This document shows, one piece after another, positions 1 to 7,941 of a stretch of 64,000 nt of DNA (position 1 is its first letter; every line of letters starts with the position of its first letter). The position numbers were made by a program, and so were the translations under genes. Under the pieces are notes generated by a model, which was given only the letters and a program-made list of their open reading frames with translations, did no database searches and was not told the DNA's origin. The stretch spans positions 1 to 64,000 of the forward strand of contig JAYTOU010000031.1 in assembly GCA_043747615.1 (NCBI GenBank), read 5' to 3'. Source of the DNA: Myxococcales bacterium (GTDB lineage Bacteria; Myxococcota_A; Polyangia; Polyangiales; Polyangiaceae).

Positions 1-16
1 AGTACCCAGGCTCAGC

Positions 17-1402
17 ATGGACCCACACGAGCACGAGACGGCGGCATTCGATCCGGCGGCGCACCACGACGCTCCCTCGAGCATGCGCCTGCCGTGCACC
101 GGGGACCGCATAGGGGACAAGTACGTCATCACCAGGCATCTTGGTGAAGGCGGGATGGGCATCGTCTTCGAGGCGCTTCATGTTCGGCTTCGCCAGCCCG
201 TGGCGCTCAAATTCTTGAAGCCCGCTGCCCTCGCATTTCCGGAGTCCGTGACGCGCTTCGAGCGAGAGGCTCGTGCCACTGGGCAGCTCCGTGGCCCCCA
301 CGTCGCGCACGTTCTCGACGTAGACGTCGACGACCAAGGGCTGCCCTACATCGTGATGGAGCTTCTCACCGGCAGAGATCTCGACGCCGAAATGCAACTT
401 CGCCCTGGGCCGTTTCCGATCTCCGAAGCGGTCGATTACGTCGTTCAGGCCTGCGCAGGAATGGCCGAAGCGCACGCGCTCGGCATCGTTCACCGCGATC
501 TCAAGCCGTCGAATCTTTTTCTCGCCGAGGACGAAGACGGCACGCGCACCCTCAAGGTTCTCGATTTCGGCATCTCCAAAATGATGCAGCTTCCGTCGAG
601 CGTCACGAGCACGTGCGTATCGATGGGCACCCCGCTTTACATGTCGCCCGAGCAGGTTCGCTCCTCGAAGTACGTCGATCAGCGCACGGACGTCTGGTCG
701 CTCGGCGTGATGCTTTACGAGCTCCTCGCCGGCGTGCCACCCTTCAGCGGCACGGCGACCTCATGCATCGCGGCCATCATCGCGGACGACGTCCCGCTTC
801 TGTCGACCTTTCGCGCCGACGTGCCCGAGGCCCTCGTGTCCGCGTTGGCGAAGGCCCTTCAGAAGGACGTGAGCCAGCGCTACGCCGACGTCTACGCGTT
901 CGCCGAAGCGCTCGCGCCCTTCGCGCTCGGCCCGACGCCCACCTTCACGACGGTCGTTTCGCGTCCGTCGTACAGCTCCGTACCCGACGAGGCTCAACCC
1001 TTGATGAGCGTGCGCCCGCCGAGCGCTCCGCGGGCCATCTCCACGCCTGGGGTGACCACCACCGCAAAGATTTTCGGAAAGCTCAATAGACAGAAAACAC
1101 GCAAGCTACCCAATGCTCGCATCGTCCTCGCGGCGGGTGTGGCGCTCCTCTGCATTCCCGTTCTCATGCTCGGCTCGCGATCCGCGAACGCGACGCGGGC
1201 GGTCGAGTCGCCAAGTCATACGCTCGGCGAGAGTGCCTCGCTCTCGATGCTCACGAACGTCACTCTCGCGCCGACACCGGCTGCCGTCAACGAGAGCGCG
1301 CCTCGCGTCGAACGCGCCCCCGAGCCGGCGCCGAAGGTGACGACGCCGGCTGCGTCTGCCGTGGACAAGCGAATACGGAAGGGGAATCCGCTGCATCTGT
1401 GA
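17..1402 (+). CDS. Hanks-type Ser/Thr protein kinase with C-terminal TM segment
   Basis: GEGGMG, VALK, HRDLKPSN, DFG and GTPLYMSPEQ motifs; hydrophobic IVLAAGVALLCIPVLML followed by a Pro/Ala-rich tail. Confidence 0.95.
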   Translation: MDPHEHETAAFDPAAHHDAPSSMRLPCTGDRIGDKYVITRHLGEGGMGIVFEALHVRLRQPVALKFLKPAALAFPESVTRFEREARATGQLRGPHVAHVLDVDVDDQGLPYIVMELLTGRDLDAEMQLRPGPFPISEAVDYVVQACAGMAEAHALGIVHRDLKPSNLFLAEDEDGTRTLKVLDFGISKMMQLPSSVTSTCVSMGTPLYMSPEQVRSSKYVDQRTDVWSLGVMLYELLAGVPPFSGTATSCIAAIIADDVPLLSTFRADVPEALVSALAKALQKDVSQRYADVYAFAEALAPFALGPTPTFTTVVSRPSYSSVPDEAQPLMSVRPPSAPRAISTPGVTTTAKIFGKLNRQKTRKLPNARIVLAAGVALLCIPVLMLGSRSANATRAVESPSHTLGESASLSMLTNVTLAPTPAAVNESAPRVERAPEPAPKVTTPAASAVDKRIRKGNPLHL

Positions 1403-1412
1403 TGGGGGAAAC

Positions 1413-2195
1413 ATGATCGTACGAAGGATGCGGATCGTTGCGCTTTCGGTGGCGCTGGCGTCGTTGGGCTCGCCTCGGCTGGCCTCCGCAGAGTCACGTC
1501 CGACGGAGGAACGCGCTGCCGAGCTGAAGACCCGCGGTGACGTTGCGATGGAATCGGGACTTTTTTCCGAGGCGCTCGGTGAGTACCGTGCGTCCTACGA
1601 TCTGTCGCCGCAGCCCGCGCTCCTCTACAACATGGGGAGCGCCGAACAGCGGCTGGGACAGAACTCCGAAGCCCTCCGTCACCTCGAGCAGTTCGCTCGG
1701 ATCGCACCCCTCGAGCTCAAGATGAAGGTTCCCCATCTGGACGCCCTGCTCGAGGAAGTGCGCTCCCACGTAGCCATGCTCACCGTGCGCACCAACGTTC
1801 CGAACGCGAGGGTGTCTTTGCGCGGCAAGTATCTGGGCGCGTCGCCGATGAAATCAGCCGTTCCCACGAGCGCCGGGAGCGCATCGATCGAGATCGCCGC
1901 CGATGGCTACGTCACGTACAACCGCGACGTGACGCTCGAGGAGGGCCGCACGACGGTGGTCGACGTGAGCTTGCTCGAGAAAGGCGCCTCCGTATATTCA
2001 GACGCGAAAGGCCCGATCCCGACGCGGACGGAGGCTCCGGCGACGTCGGGTCCCATCACCACGAAGTGGTGGTTCTGGACGGGTGTGGGCGTCGTGGTGG
2101 TGGGAGGCGTCGTCATCACCGCGGCCCTGCTGACCGAGAAGAGCGCGCCCCATGGCAACCTGGGCCAAGCGACCGCACCTCTGCTCCGCTTCTGA
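1413..2195 (+). CDS. TPR + PEGA domain exported protein
   Basis: Signal peptide, TPR-like ALLYNMGSAEQRLG, PEGA-like beta region, C-terminal KWWFWTGVGVVVVGG segment typical of myxobacterial PEGA proteins; 10 bp after the kinase. Confidence 0.8.
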   Translation: MIVRRMRIVALSVALASLGSPRLASAESRPTEERAAELKTRGDVAMESGLFSEALGEYRASYDLSPQPALLYNMGSAEQRLGQNSEALRHLEQFARIAPLELKMKVPHLDALLEEVRSHVAMLTVRTNVPNARVSLRGKYLGASPMKSAVPTSAGSASIEIAADGYVTYNRDVTLEEGRTTVVDVSLLEKGASVYSDAKGPIPTRTEAPATSGPITTKWWFWTGVGVVVVGGVVITAALLTEKSAPHGNLGQATAPLLRF

Positions 2196-2225
2196 GCCTT
2201 CTTTCGAGTAAGTCTTTCGAGCGCG

Positions 2226-2777
2226 TTACTGGCCGTTGCCGCCGCCGTGGCCGTGGCCCCCGCCGGCCTCGGGCTTTGACGCTGCGGCGTCTGCCACGCC
2301 GCTCTCGGGAGCGCCCGCGTCGAATGAATCAAACATGCCGTCTTCGCACACGCTCGAAGCGCCGAGGCAGCTTGCGTGAATCACGACTGGCAGGGTCAGG
2401 GTGTCGTGCGGCACGAACCGCAGCGCGCGCCGAGCGATGACGCAGCCGGCGGGACTCGTTCGGCATGTCTCGGGATCTTTGGCGACTGTGGTCGTCAGCA
2501 CCTCGATCGCGAGATCTTCGTCGCTCGATCCGCTCGGGACGACCACCAACGTGCCTATTTTGCCGTCGGAATCGCATCGCGTCGTTTTCACTGCAGGGGC
2601 CTTGGTCAGGTAATTCGTTGGGCTCCCAGCGGCAATGGCGGTGGAAAGGGTCGCTCCTGGCGTGCAGGGGATGTCGGTGCTCACCGCCACGATCACCGCG
2701 GTGGCATCCTGGCATCCGGCCGACGCCAGCAGGAAGAGGAGGGTCGCGAGGGGCCCCGTTTTGCCAGCGTTATGCAT
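2226..2777 (-). CDS. Cys-containing hypothetical lipoprotein
   Basis: Lipobox-like LASAGC, several Cys, Gly/His-rich tail. Confidence 0.7.
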   Translation of the reverse strand: MHNAGKTGPLATLLFLLASAGCQDATAVIVAVSTDIPCTPGATLSTAIAAGSPTNYLTKAPAVKTTRCDSDGKIGTLVVVPSGSSDEDLAIEVLTTTVAKDPETCRTSPAGCVIARRALRFVPHDTLTLPVVIHASCLGASSVCEDGMFDSFDAGAPESGVADAAASKPEAGGGHGHGGGNGQ

Positions 2778-2871
2778 CCAATACTGCGGTAGAGCACAAA
2801 CTGCGCCCTAGCGATGCCCTGCTTTTTCCAGCGTTTCCGGGTAGACCGATTCGACGCGCGCGGTGCGCATT

Positions 2872-2915
2872 GCCACGGGCTGAGGCAGCAATGCTTGAAG
2901 CCCTCGCCGTGTGGC
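2872..2915. terminator. Imperfect GC-rich hairpin downstream of the methyltransferase gene
   Basis: GCCAC...GTGGC outer arms with imperfect inner pairing, just past the stop at 2924; no U-tract. Confidence 0.3.
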
Positions 2916-2923
2916 GTGGCTCG

Positions 2924-3778
2924 CTAGATCTCGATCTTCTTCAACTTCATTTGCACGTCGCTCGACCAATGGTTGGCAAAGGCGCGCACGCATGTGGAGA
3001 GGTACCGGTCGTAGTCTTTGAAGACCTGCTCGCCCCACTTCGACTTGATCTCTTTTTCGTGGATGTGGAGGCGGCGGAGCCACTCGCCGGTGGTCTTGCC
3101 GTAATGGGTGCGACGCGTCTTCAGCTCCATGATCTCCCACGAGGGATTGACCGCCAGGATCAGATCCTCGAGGCGCGGGTTGAGGCCACCCGGGAAGATC
3201 ACGTCTGCCGTGAACTTCAGATCGGAGATGTCGGCCCTGGTGCGCGGAACGCGGTTACGCAAGATCGCTTGAAAGCCGAAGTAGCCGCCGGGCTTCACCC
3301 ATTCGGCGCACTTGTTGAAGTACGAGCGGTAGATGTCGACCGCCATTCCCTTGGCGGCCTGCGCGGGCGAGCAAAGGTGATCGATCATCTCGATGGAGAT
3401 GAGGGAGTCGTAAAGAAACGGAGCGGTGAAGTCTTTGTAGTCTACACACCACACCTTCACGCCGGGCAGCTTGCGCGCATGGATCTCCTCGAGCTGGGCC
3501 GAGGAAAGGGTGATTCCGTGCGTCTGTCGTGCGCCGCGCCGGGCGACGTACTCCACGTTCGCGCCCCAGCCGCACCCGATGTCGAGCACCGTCGTTTGCG
3601 GGGTGACCTCGGCGTAGTCGTAGAGGATGCGCGATTTGTTCTCCTGCGCGCGCTCGAGCGTGTCGTCGTCTTTCTCGAAAACAGCGCATGTATAGTGCAT
3701 GCGTTCATCGAGCCAGAGCCGGAAAAACTCGTTCGAGACGTCGTAGGAAACTTCGACTTCTTGCTTCGTGGAGGTCAT
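2924..3778 (-). CDS. Cyclopropane-fatty-acyl synthase family SAM methyltransferase
   Basis: YDVSNEFFRLWLD, YTCA, VLDIGCGWG, SIEMIDH, IFPGG and HYGKT motifs. Confidence 0.9.
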   Translation of the reverse strand: MTSTKQEVEVSYDVSNEFFRLWLDERMHYTCAVFEKDDDTLERAQENKSRILYDYAEVTPQTTVLDIGCGWGANVEYVARRGARQTHGITLSSAQLEEIHARKLPGVKVWCVDYKDFTAPFLYDSLISIEMIDHLCSPAQAAKGMAVDIYRSYFNKCAEWVKPGGYFGFQAILRNRVPRTRADISDLKFTADVIFPGGLNPRLEDLILAVNPSWEIMELKTRRTHYGKTTGEWLRRLHIHEKEIKSKWGEQVFKDYDRYLSTCVRAFANHWSSDVQMKLKKIEI

Positions 3779-3813
3779 CGCGGCCTCCGGCCTACCATGG
3801 TTTCAGGCGGTGA

Positions 3814-4203
3814 TCACGCGTTGACGTGGGCAGGCTCGTGCTGCGCAGCACCGTTCGCAGTGCCCTGCACGCTCGCACTCACGGCGGACACGCGCTCGAC
3901 CTCGGCCGCCATTTTCCCCTGGAGCGCGTACTTCAGCATGCGCAGATCTCCCCGGATGGAAAAAAGCGGGTAGGTGAGCGTCGCGGGACGGTTGCCCTCG
4001 AGCACGAAGTGCCCGAACCACGCAGGGCCGTAGCCAACGATCGGAGTCGCCAGGAGCCACAGGGGATTGAGGGTGACCACCGCGGCCCCGACGGTGCCGA
4101 TGGCCATCGTCGTTCCGAAGTAATGGAGCGCGCGGTTCAGGGGCAGCTTGTGCTCTCCGACGTAGTACGGCCAGAACTCTTCGAACGTTTCCATACGGGT
4201 CAT
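3814..4203 (-). CDS. DUF962 / Mpo1-like membrane protein
   Basis: FEEFWPYYVGEH, NRALHYFG, AWFGHFVLEGNRPAT; start placed at ATG 4203. Confidence 0.85.
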   Translation of the reverse strand: MTRMETFEEFWPYYVGEHKLPLNRALHYFGTTMAIGTVGAAVVTLNPLWLLATPIVGYGPAWFGHFVLEGNRPATLTYPLFSIRGDLRMLKYALQGKMAAEVERVSAVSASVQGTANGAAQHEPAHVNA

Positions 4204-4243
4204 GGGGTCTATCTTTTCATGTCGTGGTATTTTCGCCACCCCC

Positions 4244-5206
4244 ATGGACACTGGAGCGCAGCGACGCCGGCTTTTTCCCGAAATCGAGCCTTTTAACAGC
4301 GGATTCCTCAGGGTCTCGCCCCTTCACGAGATCTACTTCGAGGAATCCGGGAGCCCCACGGGGAAGCCCGCGGTCTTCGTTCACGGCGGTCCCGGGGGGG
4401 GCACCGACGGAAAACAGCGCCGCTTCTTCGACCCTTCGAAATATCGGATCATTCTCTTCGATCAGCGAGGCTGCGGAAAGAGCAAGCCGCACGCCTCGCT
4501 CGAGGACAACACCACCTGGCATCTGGTGTCGGACATGGAGCGGCTGCGTGAGCATCTGAAGATCGATCGCTGGCAGGTGTTCGGCGGCTCCTGGGGGAGC
4601 ACGCTCGCCCTCGCCTACGCCGAGAAATATCCAACGCGGGTGACCGAGCTCGTGCTGCGAGGAATTTTTCTCCTCCGTAAGAGCGAAATCGACTGGTTTT
4701 ACCAGGCCGGCGCGAGCGCTCTCTACGCCGACGCGTGGGAGGATTACCTCGCTCCCATCCCCGAAGCGGAGCGCGGAGATCTCCTCCACGCCTATCATCG
4801 TCGTCTCACGAGCGATGATCCGAAGGTCCGGCAGGAGGCCGCGCGCGCCTGGAGCGTGTGGGAGGGGCGAACGAGCTGCCTTGCGCCGAACGAAGATCTC
4901 ATCGCGCGCACTGCAGGAGACGCCTTCTCTCTCGCGTTCGCCCGCATCGAATGCCACTACTTCGTCAACGCTGGCTTCATGCATCCGGAGTCACAGCTGC
5001 TCGATGAAGTCGCAAAAATTCGCCACATTCCTGCGGTGATCGTGCAGGGTCGCTACGACGTGGTGTGCCCGATGGAGAACGCCTGGGCTCTCCACCGCGC
5101 GTGGCCGGAGGCCGATCTGCGGATCGTTGGCGACGCTGGACACTCCGCGTTCGAGCCCGGGATCTTGAGCGAGCTCGTCGACGCGACCGATCGCTTCGCC
5201 ACGTGA
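4244..5206 (+). CDS. pip: Proline iminopeptidase (S33)
   Basis: HGGPGGG, FDQRGCG, GGSWGS nucleophile, GRYDVVCP, AGHS. Confidence 0.95.
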   Translation: MDTGAQRRRLFPEIEPFNSGFLRVSPLHEIYFEESGSPTGKPAVFVHGGPGGGTDGKQRRFFDPSKYRIILFDQRGCGKSKPHASLEDNTTWHLVSDMERLREHLKIDRWQVFGGSWGSTLALAYAEKYPTRVTELVLRGIFLLRKSEIDWFYQAGASALYADAWEDYLAPIPEAERGDLLHAYHRRLTSDDPKVRQEAARAWSVWEGRTSCLAPNEDLIARTAGDAFSLAFARIECHYFVNAGFMHPESQLLDEVAKIRHIPAVIVQGRYDVVCPMENAWALHRAWPEADLRIVGDAGHSAFEPGILSELVDATDRFAT

Positions 5207-5207
5207 C

Positions 5208-5603
5208 TCACATCTTGAAGTCGATGGAGCCGAGCTCCTTCTTGTCGCCGGTGGCGACCTCGAACCAGTACTTAGAGCCCGGTGGAATGACCGCGGGAGA
5301 GGTGACGTCGTCGTCGAAGTCGCTGTCGCCGGCATCGTAGCTGGCAACGGCCTTCGTCGAGCCTTCGGCGGTCATCGTGCCGACCCAGCCCGTGATGGTG
5401 GTGGGCATTCCGCCCGAGGCCTTGATGACGAAGCGGGTCACCGCGCCGGGCGCGACCTTGGCTTTCTCTTGGTGAATGTCGAGCGTGTAGACGCCGACCT
5501 TGGCCGCCCCGAGGGGGGTCTGGTCCTTCGTCGACGAAGAGCAACCCGAGGACGCGACGAGCGCCATGCCGATAAGCAAACTGCCGAAAGTTCCTGTTCG
5601 CAT
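5208..5603 (-). CDS. Small hypothetical lipoprotein
   Basis: Hydrophobic leader ending ASSGC; start chosen at MRTGTF. Confidence 0.65.
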   Translation of the reverse strand: MRTGTFGSLLIGMALVASSGCSSSTKDQTPLGAAKVGVYTLDIHQEKAKVAPGAVTRFVIKASGGMPTTITGWVGTMTAEGSTKAVASYDAGDSDFDDDVTSPAVIPPGSKYWFEVATGDKKELGSIDFKM

Positions 5604-5719
5604 GCACGCTCTGATGCTCACGCCAGGGTCGCCGGGTCGCTTCGCGACTCGGATCATCGGAGAAAACGGGCTGAACCGTCCTTCATTTCTATGGCAGGGC
5701 GAGATGGTAGAACAGACGC

Positions 5720-6328
5720 ATGGAGCATCGACTCGCCGACGGGACGCGCATTTTCGTGCGCCCGATCCAGCCCGCGGACGCTGTCGAGCTCCGTCGCGTT
5801 TTCGCCGGGCTCTCCCCCGTAACGCGTGAGAGGCGCTTCCTCACGGCGATGGATGTCCTTTCGGACGCCGCTCTCCACTACCTGACGGAGGTCGATCAGG
5901 AGAACCACGTGGCCTTGGTGGCGACGACCGATTCTCTCGATCTGAAGTCGGAGCGTGGCCTCGGCGTGGCCCGCTTCATTCGTCTGAAAGAAGATCCCGA
6001 GGCGGCGGAGGCAGCGGTGACCGTTGCCGACGACATGCAACACAGAGGAGTCGGCGGCGCTCTTCTGCGCGAGCTCGCGCAGATCGCTCACGAAAAAGGC
6101 GTGCGGAGGTTTCGAGGGGAAATCCTGGCCTCGAACGCTCCGATGCGCAACCTGATGGAAAAGCTGGGGGCCGCGCTGGTGCGCACCGAATCGGACACGT
6201 TGGTCTACGACGTACCGGTGGGCGTAAGCGAGAGCGCGTCCAGGATGCTCCAGACATTCCTAAAGGCGTCCGCCCAGGCGGTGTTCGTTTTCTTCCGCAC
6301 CCTTGGCCACCCGCACAGTCGCCCCTAA
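5720..6328 (+). CDS. GNAT acetyltransferase (resembles the GNAT domain of Pat-type protein acetyltransferases)
   Basis: LADGTRIFVRPI, GVARF, VADDMQHRGVG acetyl-CoA motif, NAPMRNL. Confidence 0.85.
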   Translation: MEHRLADGTRIFVRPIQPADAVELRRVFAGLSPVTRERRFLTAMDVLSDAALHYLTEVDQENHVALVATTDSLDLKSERGLGVARFIRLKEDPEAAEAAVTVADDMQHRGVGGALLRELAQIAHEKGVRRFRGEILASNAPMRNLMEKLGAALVRTESDTLVYDVPVGVSESASRMLQTFLKASAQAVFVFFRTLGHPHSRP

Positions 6329-6349
6329 CTCCACTATGATCGGTTCTCG

Positions 6350-7933
6350 ATGAGCGACTTCGAATTCGATTTTGCGATCGTGGGTTCGGGATTCGGCGGG
6401 AGCGTCTCTGCCCTACGTCTCGCCGAGAAGGGGTACGGCGTCGCCGTACTCGAGATGGGCAAGCGCTGGAACGCTGAAGACTTCGCGAAGTCGAGCTGGG
6501 ATCTGAAAAAATTCCTGTGGAAGCCTGGCCTCGGCCTCTACGGCATCTTGCAAATGACCGTCCTCAAGGACGTGTTCTTCCTGCACGGCGCGGGTGTCGG
6601 CGGCGGAAGCCTCGTCTACGCGAACACGCTTCTCGTCCCTCCGCTCGATGCGTTCGAAGACCCGCAGTGGGTCGGCCAGGATTGGCGCACGGCGCTCGCA
6701 CCGCACTACGAGACGGCGAAACGAATGCTCGGTGCGGTCGTCAGCCCCTTCATCGTCGAGACCGATCAGATCCTCAAAGACGTCGCAACGGAGATGGGCC
6801 GCGGCCACACCTTTCACAACGCGACGGTCGGCGTGTACTTCGGTGAGCCCGGGGTCACGGTGAAAGATCCCTTCTTCGACGGCGAGGGGCCGGACCGCAC
6901 GGGATGCGTGAAGTGCGGAGCATGCATGGTGGGCTGCCGCCACAATGCGAAGAACACGCTTGATCGCAATTACTTGTATCTTGCAGAGAAACACGGAGCG
7001 GAGATTTTTCCCGAGTCGCGGGTGACCGACATCCGCCCCCTCGACGGCGCCGCCGGAGGCTACGAGCTCACCATCGAGCGTTCCACGGGGATGATGCACG
7101 CCTCGAGAAAAATGCGGGTGCGCGGGGTCGTCGTCTCCGGAGGGTCCTTCGGTACGGTCGACCTCTTGATGCGTTGCAAGGAGCGCGGCTCGCTCCCGAA
7201 GGTCTCTCCGCAGCTCGGAAATTTCGTGCGCACCAACAGCGAAGCCCTCCTCTCCGTTCGCTCGCGCCGAGACGACGTCGACTACTCCAAGGGCATCGCC
7301 ATCACGAGCGGCGTGTACGTCGACGACAAGACGCACATCGAGATCTGCCGCTACCCCTCGGGCTCCGATTCCATGGCGCTCCTCACCACGGTCCTCACCG
7401 GAGACGGACCCTTCTGGCCGCGCTGGCTGCGCTGGATCGGAAACATCATCACCCACCCGCTGCAATTTTTACGAACGGTGATCCCCTTCGGTTGGGCGCG
7501 GCGCACGGCGATCCTCCTCGTCATGCAGCCCGTCGCCAGTCACCTTCGCTACGTCATGCGCCGGCGCTGGTACTGGCCATTTTCGCGGTCGCTCGACACC
7601 GACTACGGAGAGGGCAAAAAAGCGCCAGTCTACCTACCGATCGCAAACCAGATCGCGCGGCGGATGGCCGAGAAGATGGACGGCATTCCCCAGAGCGGTC
7701 TCATCGAGGTCGTCGCCAACAAGGCGTCCACCGCTCATATTCTCGGGGGCTGCCCGATCGGCCTGTCGCCCGAGACCGGGGTGGTCGACACCGAGTGCCA
7801 CCTCTTCGGATACGAAAATTTCTACGTCGTCGACGGCTCGGTCATGCCCGCGAACCTAGGCGTGAATCCGAGCCTCACCATCACCGCCATGGCCGAGCAC
7901 ACCATGTCTAAAGTTCCCGCGAAGGTCGTCTAG
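6350..7933 (+). CDS. GMC oxidoreductase, cholesterol oxidase (ChoD-like)
   Basis: GSGFGGSV FAD motif, GVGGGSLVYANTL, CVKCGACMVGC, AHILGG, NLGVNPSLTI. Confidence 0.9.
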   Translation: MSDFEFDFAIVGSGFGGSVSALRLAEKGYGVAVLEMGKRWNAEDFAKSSWDLKKFLWKPGLGLYGILQMTVLKDVFFLHGAGVGGGSLVYANTLLVPPLDAFEDPQWVGQDWRTALAPHYETAKRMLGAVVSPFIVETDQILKDVATEMGRGHTFHNATVGVYFGEPGVTVKDPFFDGEGPDRTGCVKCGACMVGCRHNAKNTLDRNYLYLAEKHGAEIFPESRVTDIRPLDGAAGGYELTIERSTGMMHASRKMRVRGVVVSGGSFGTVDLLMRCKERGSLPKVSPQLGNFVRTNSEALLSVRSRRDDVDYSKGIAITSGVYVDDKTHIEICRYPSGSDSMALLTTVLTGDGPFWPRWLRWIGNIITHPLQFLRTVIPFGWARRTAILLVMQPVASHLRYVMRRRWYWPFSRSLDTDYGEGKKAPVYLPIANQIARRMAEKMDGIPQSGLIEVVANKASTAHILGGCPIGLSPETGVVDTECHLFGYENFYVVDGSVMPANLGVNPSLTITAMAEHTMSKVPAKVV

Positions 7934-7941
7934 CCAATCAC

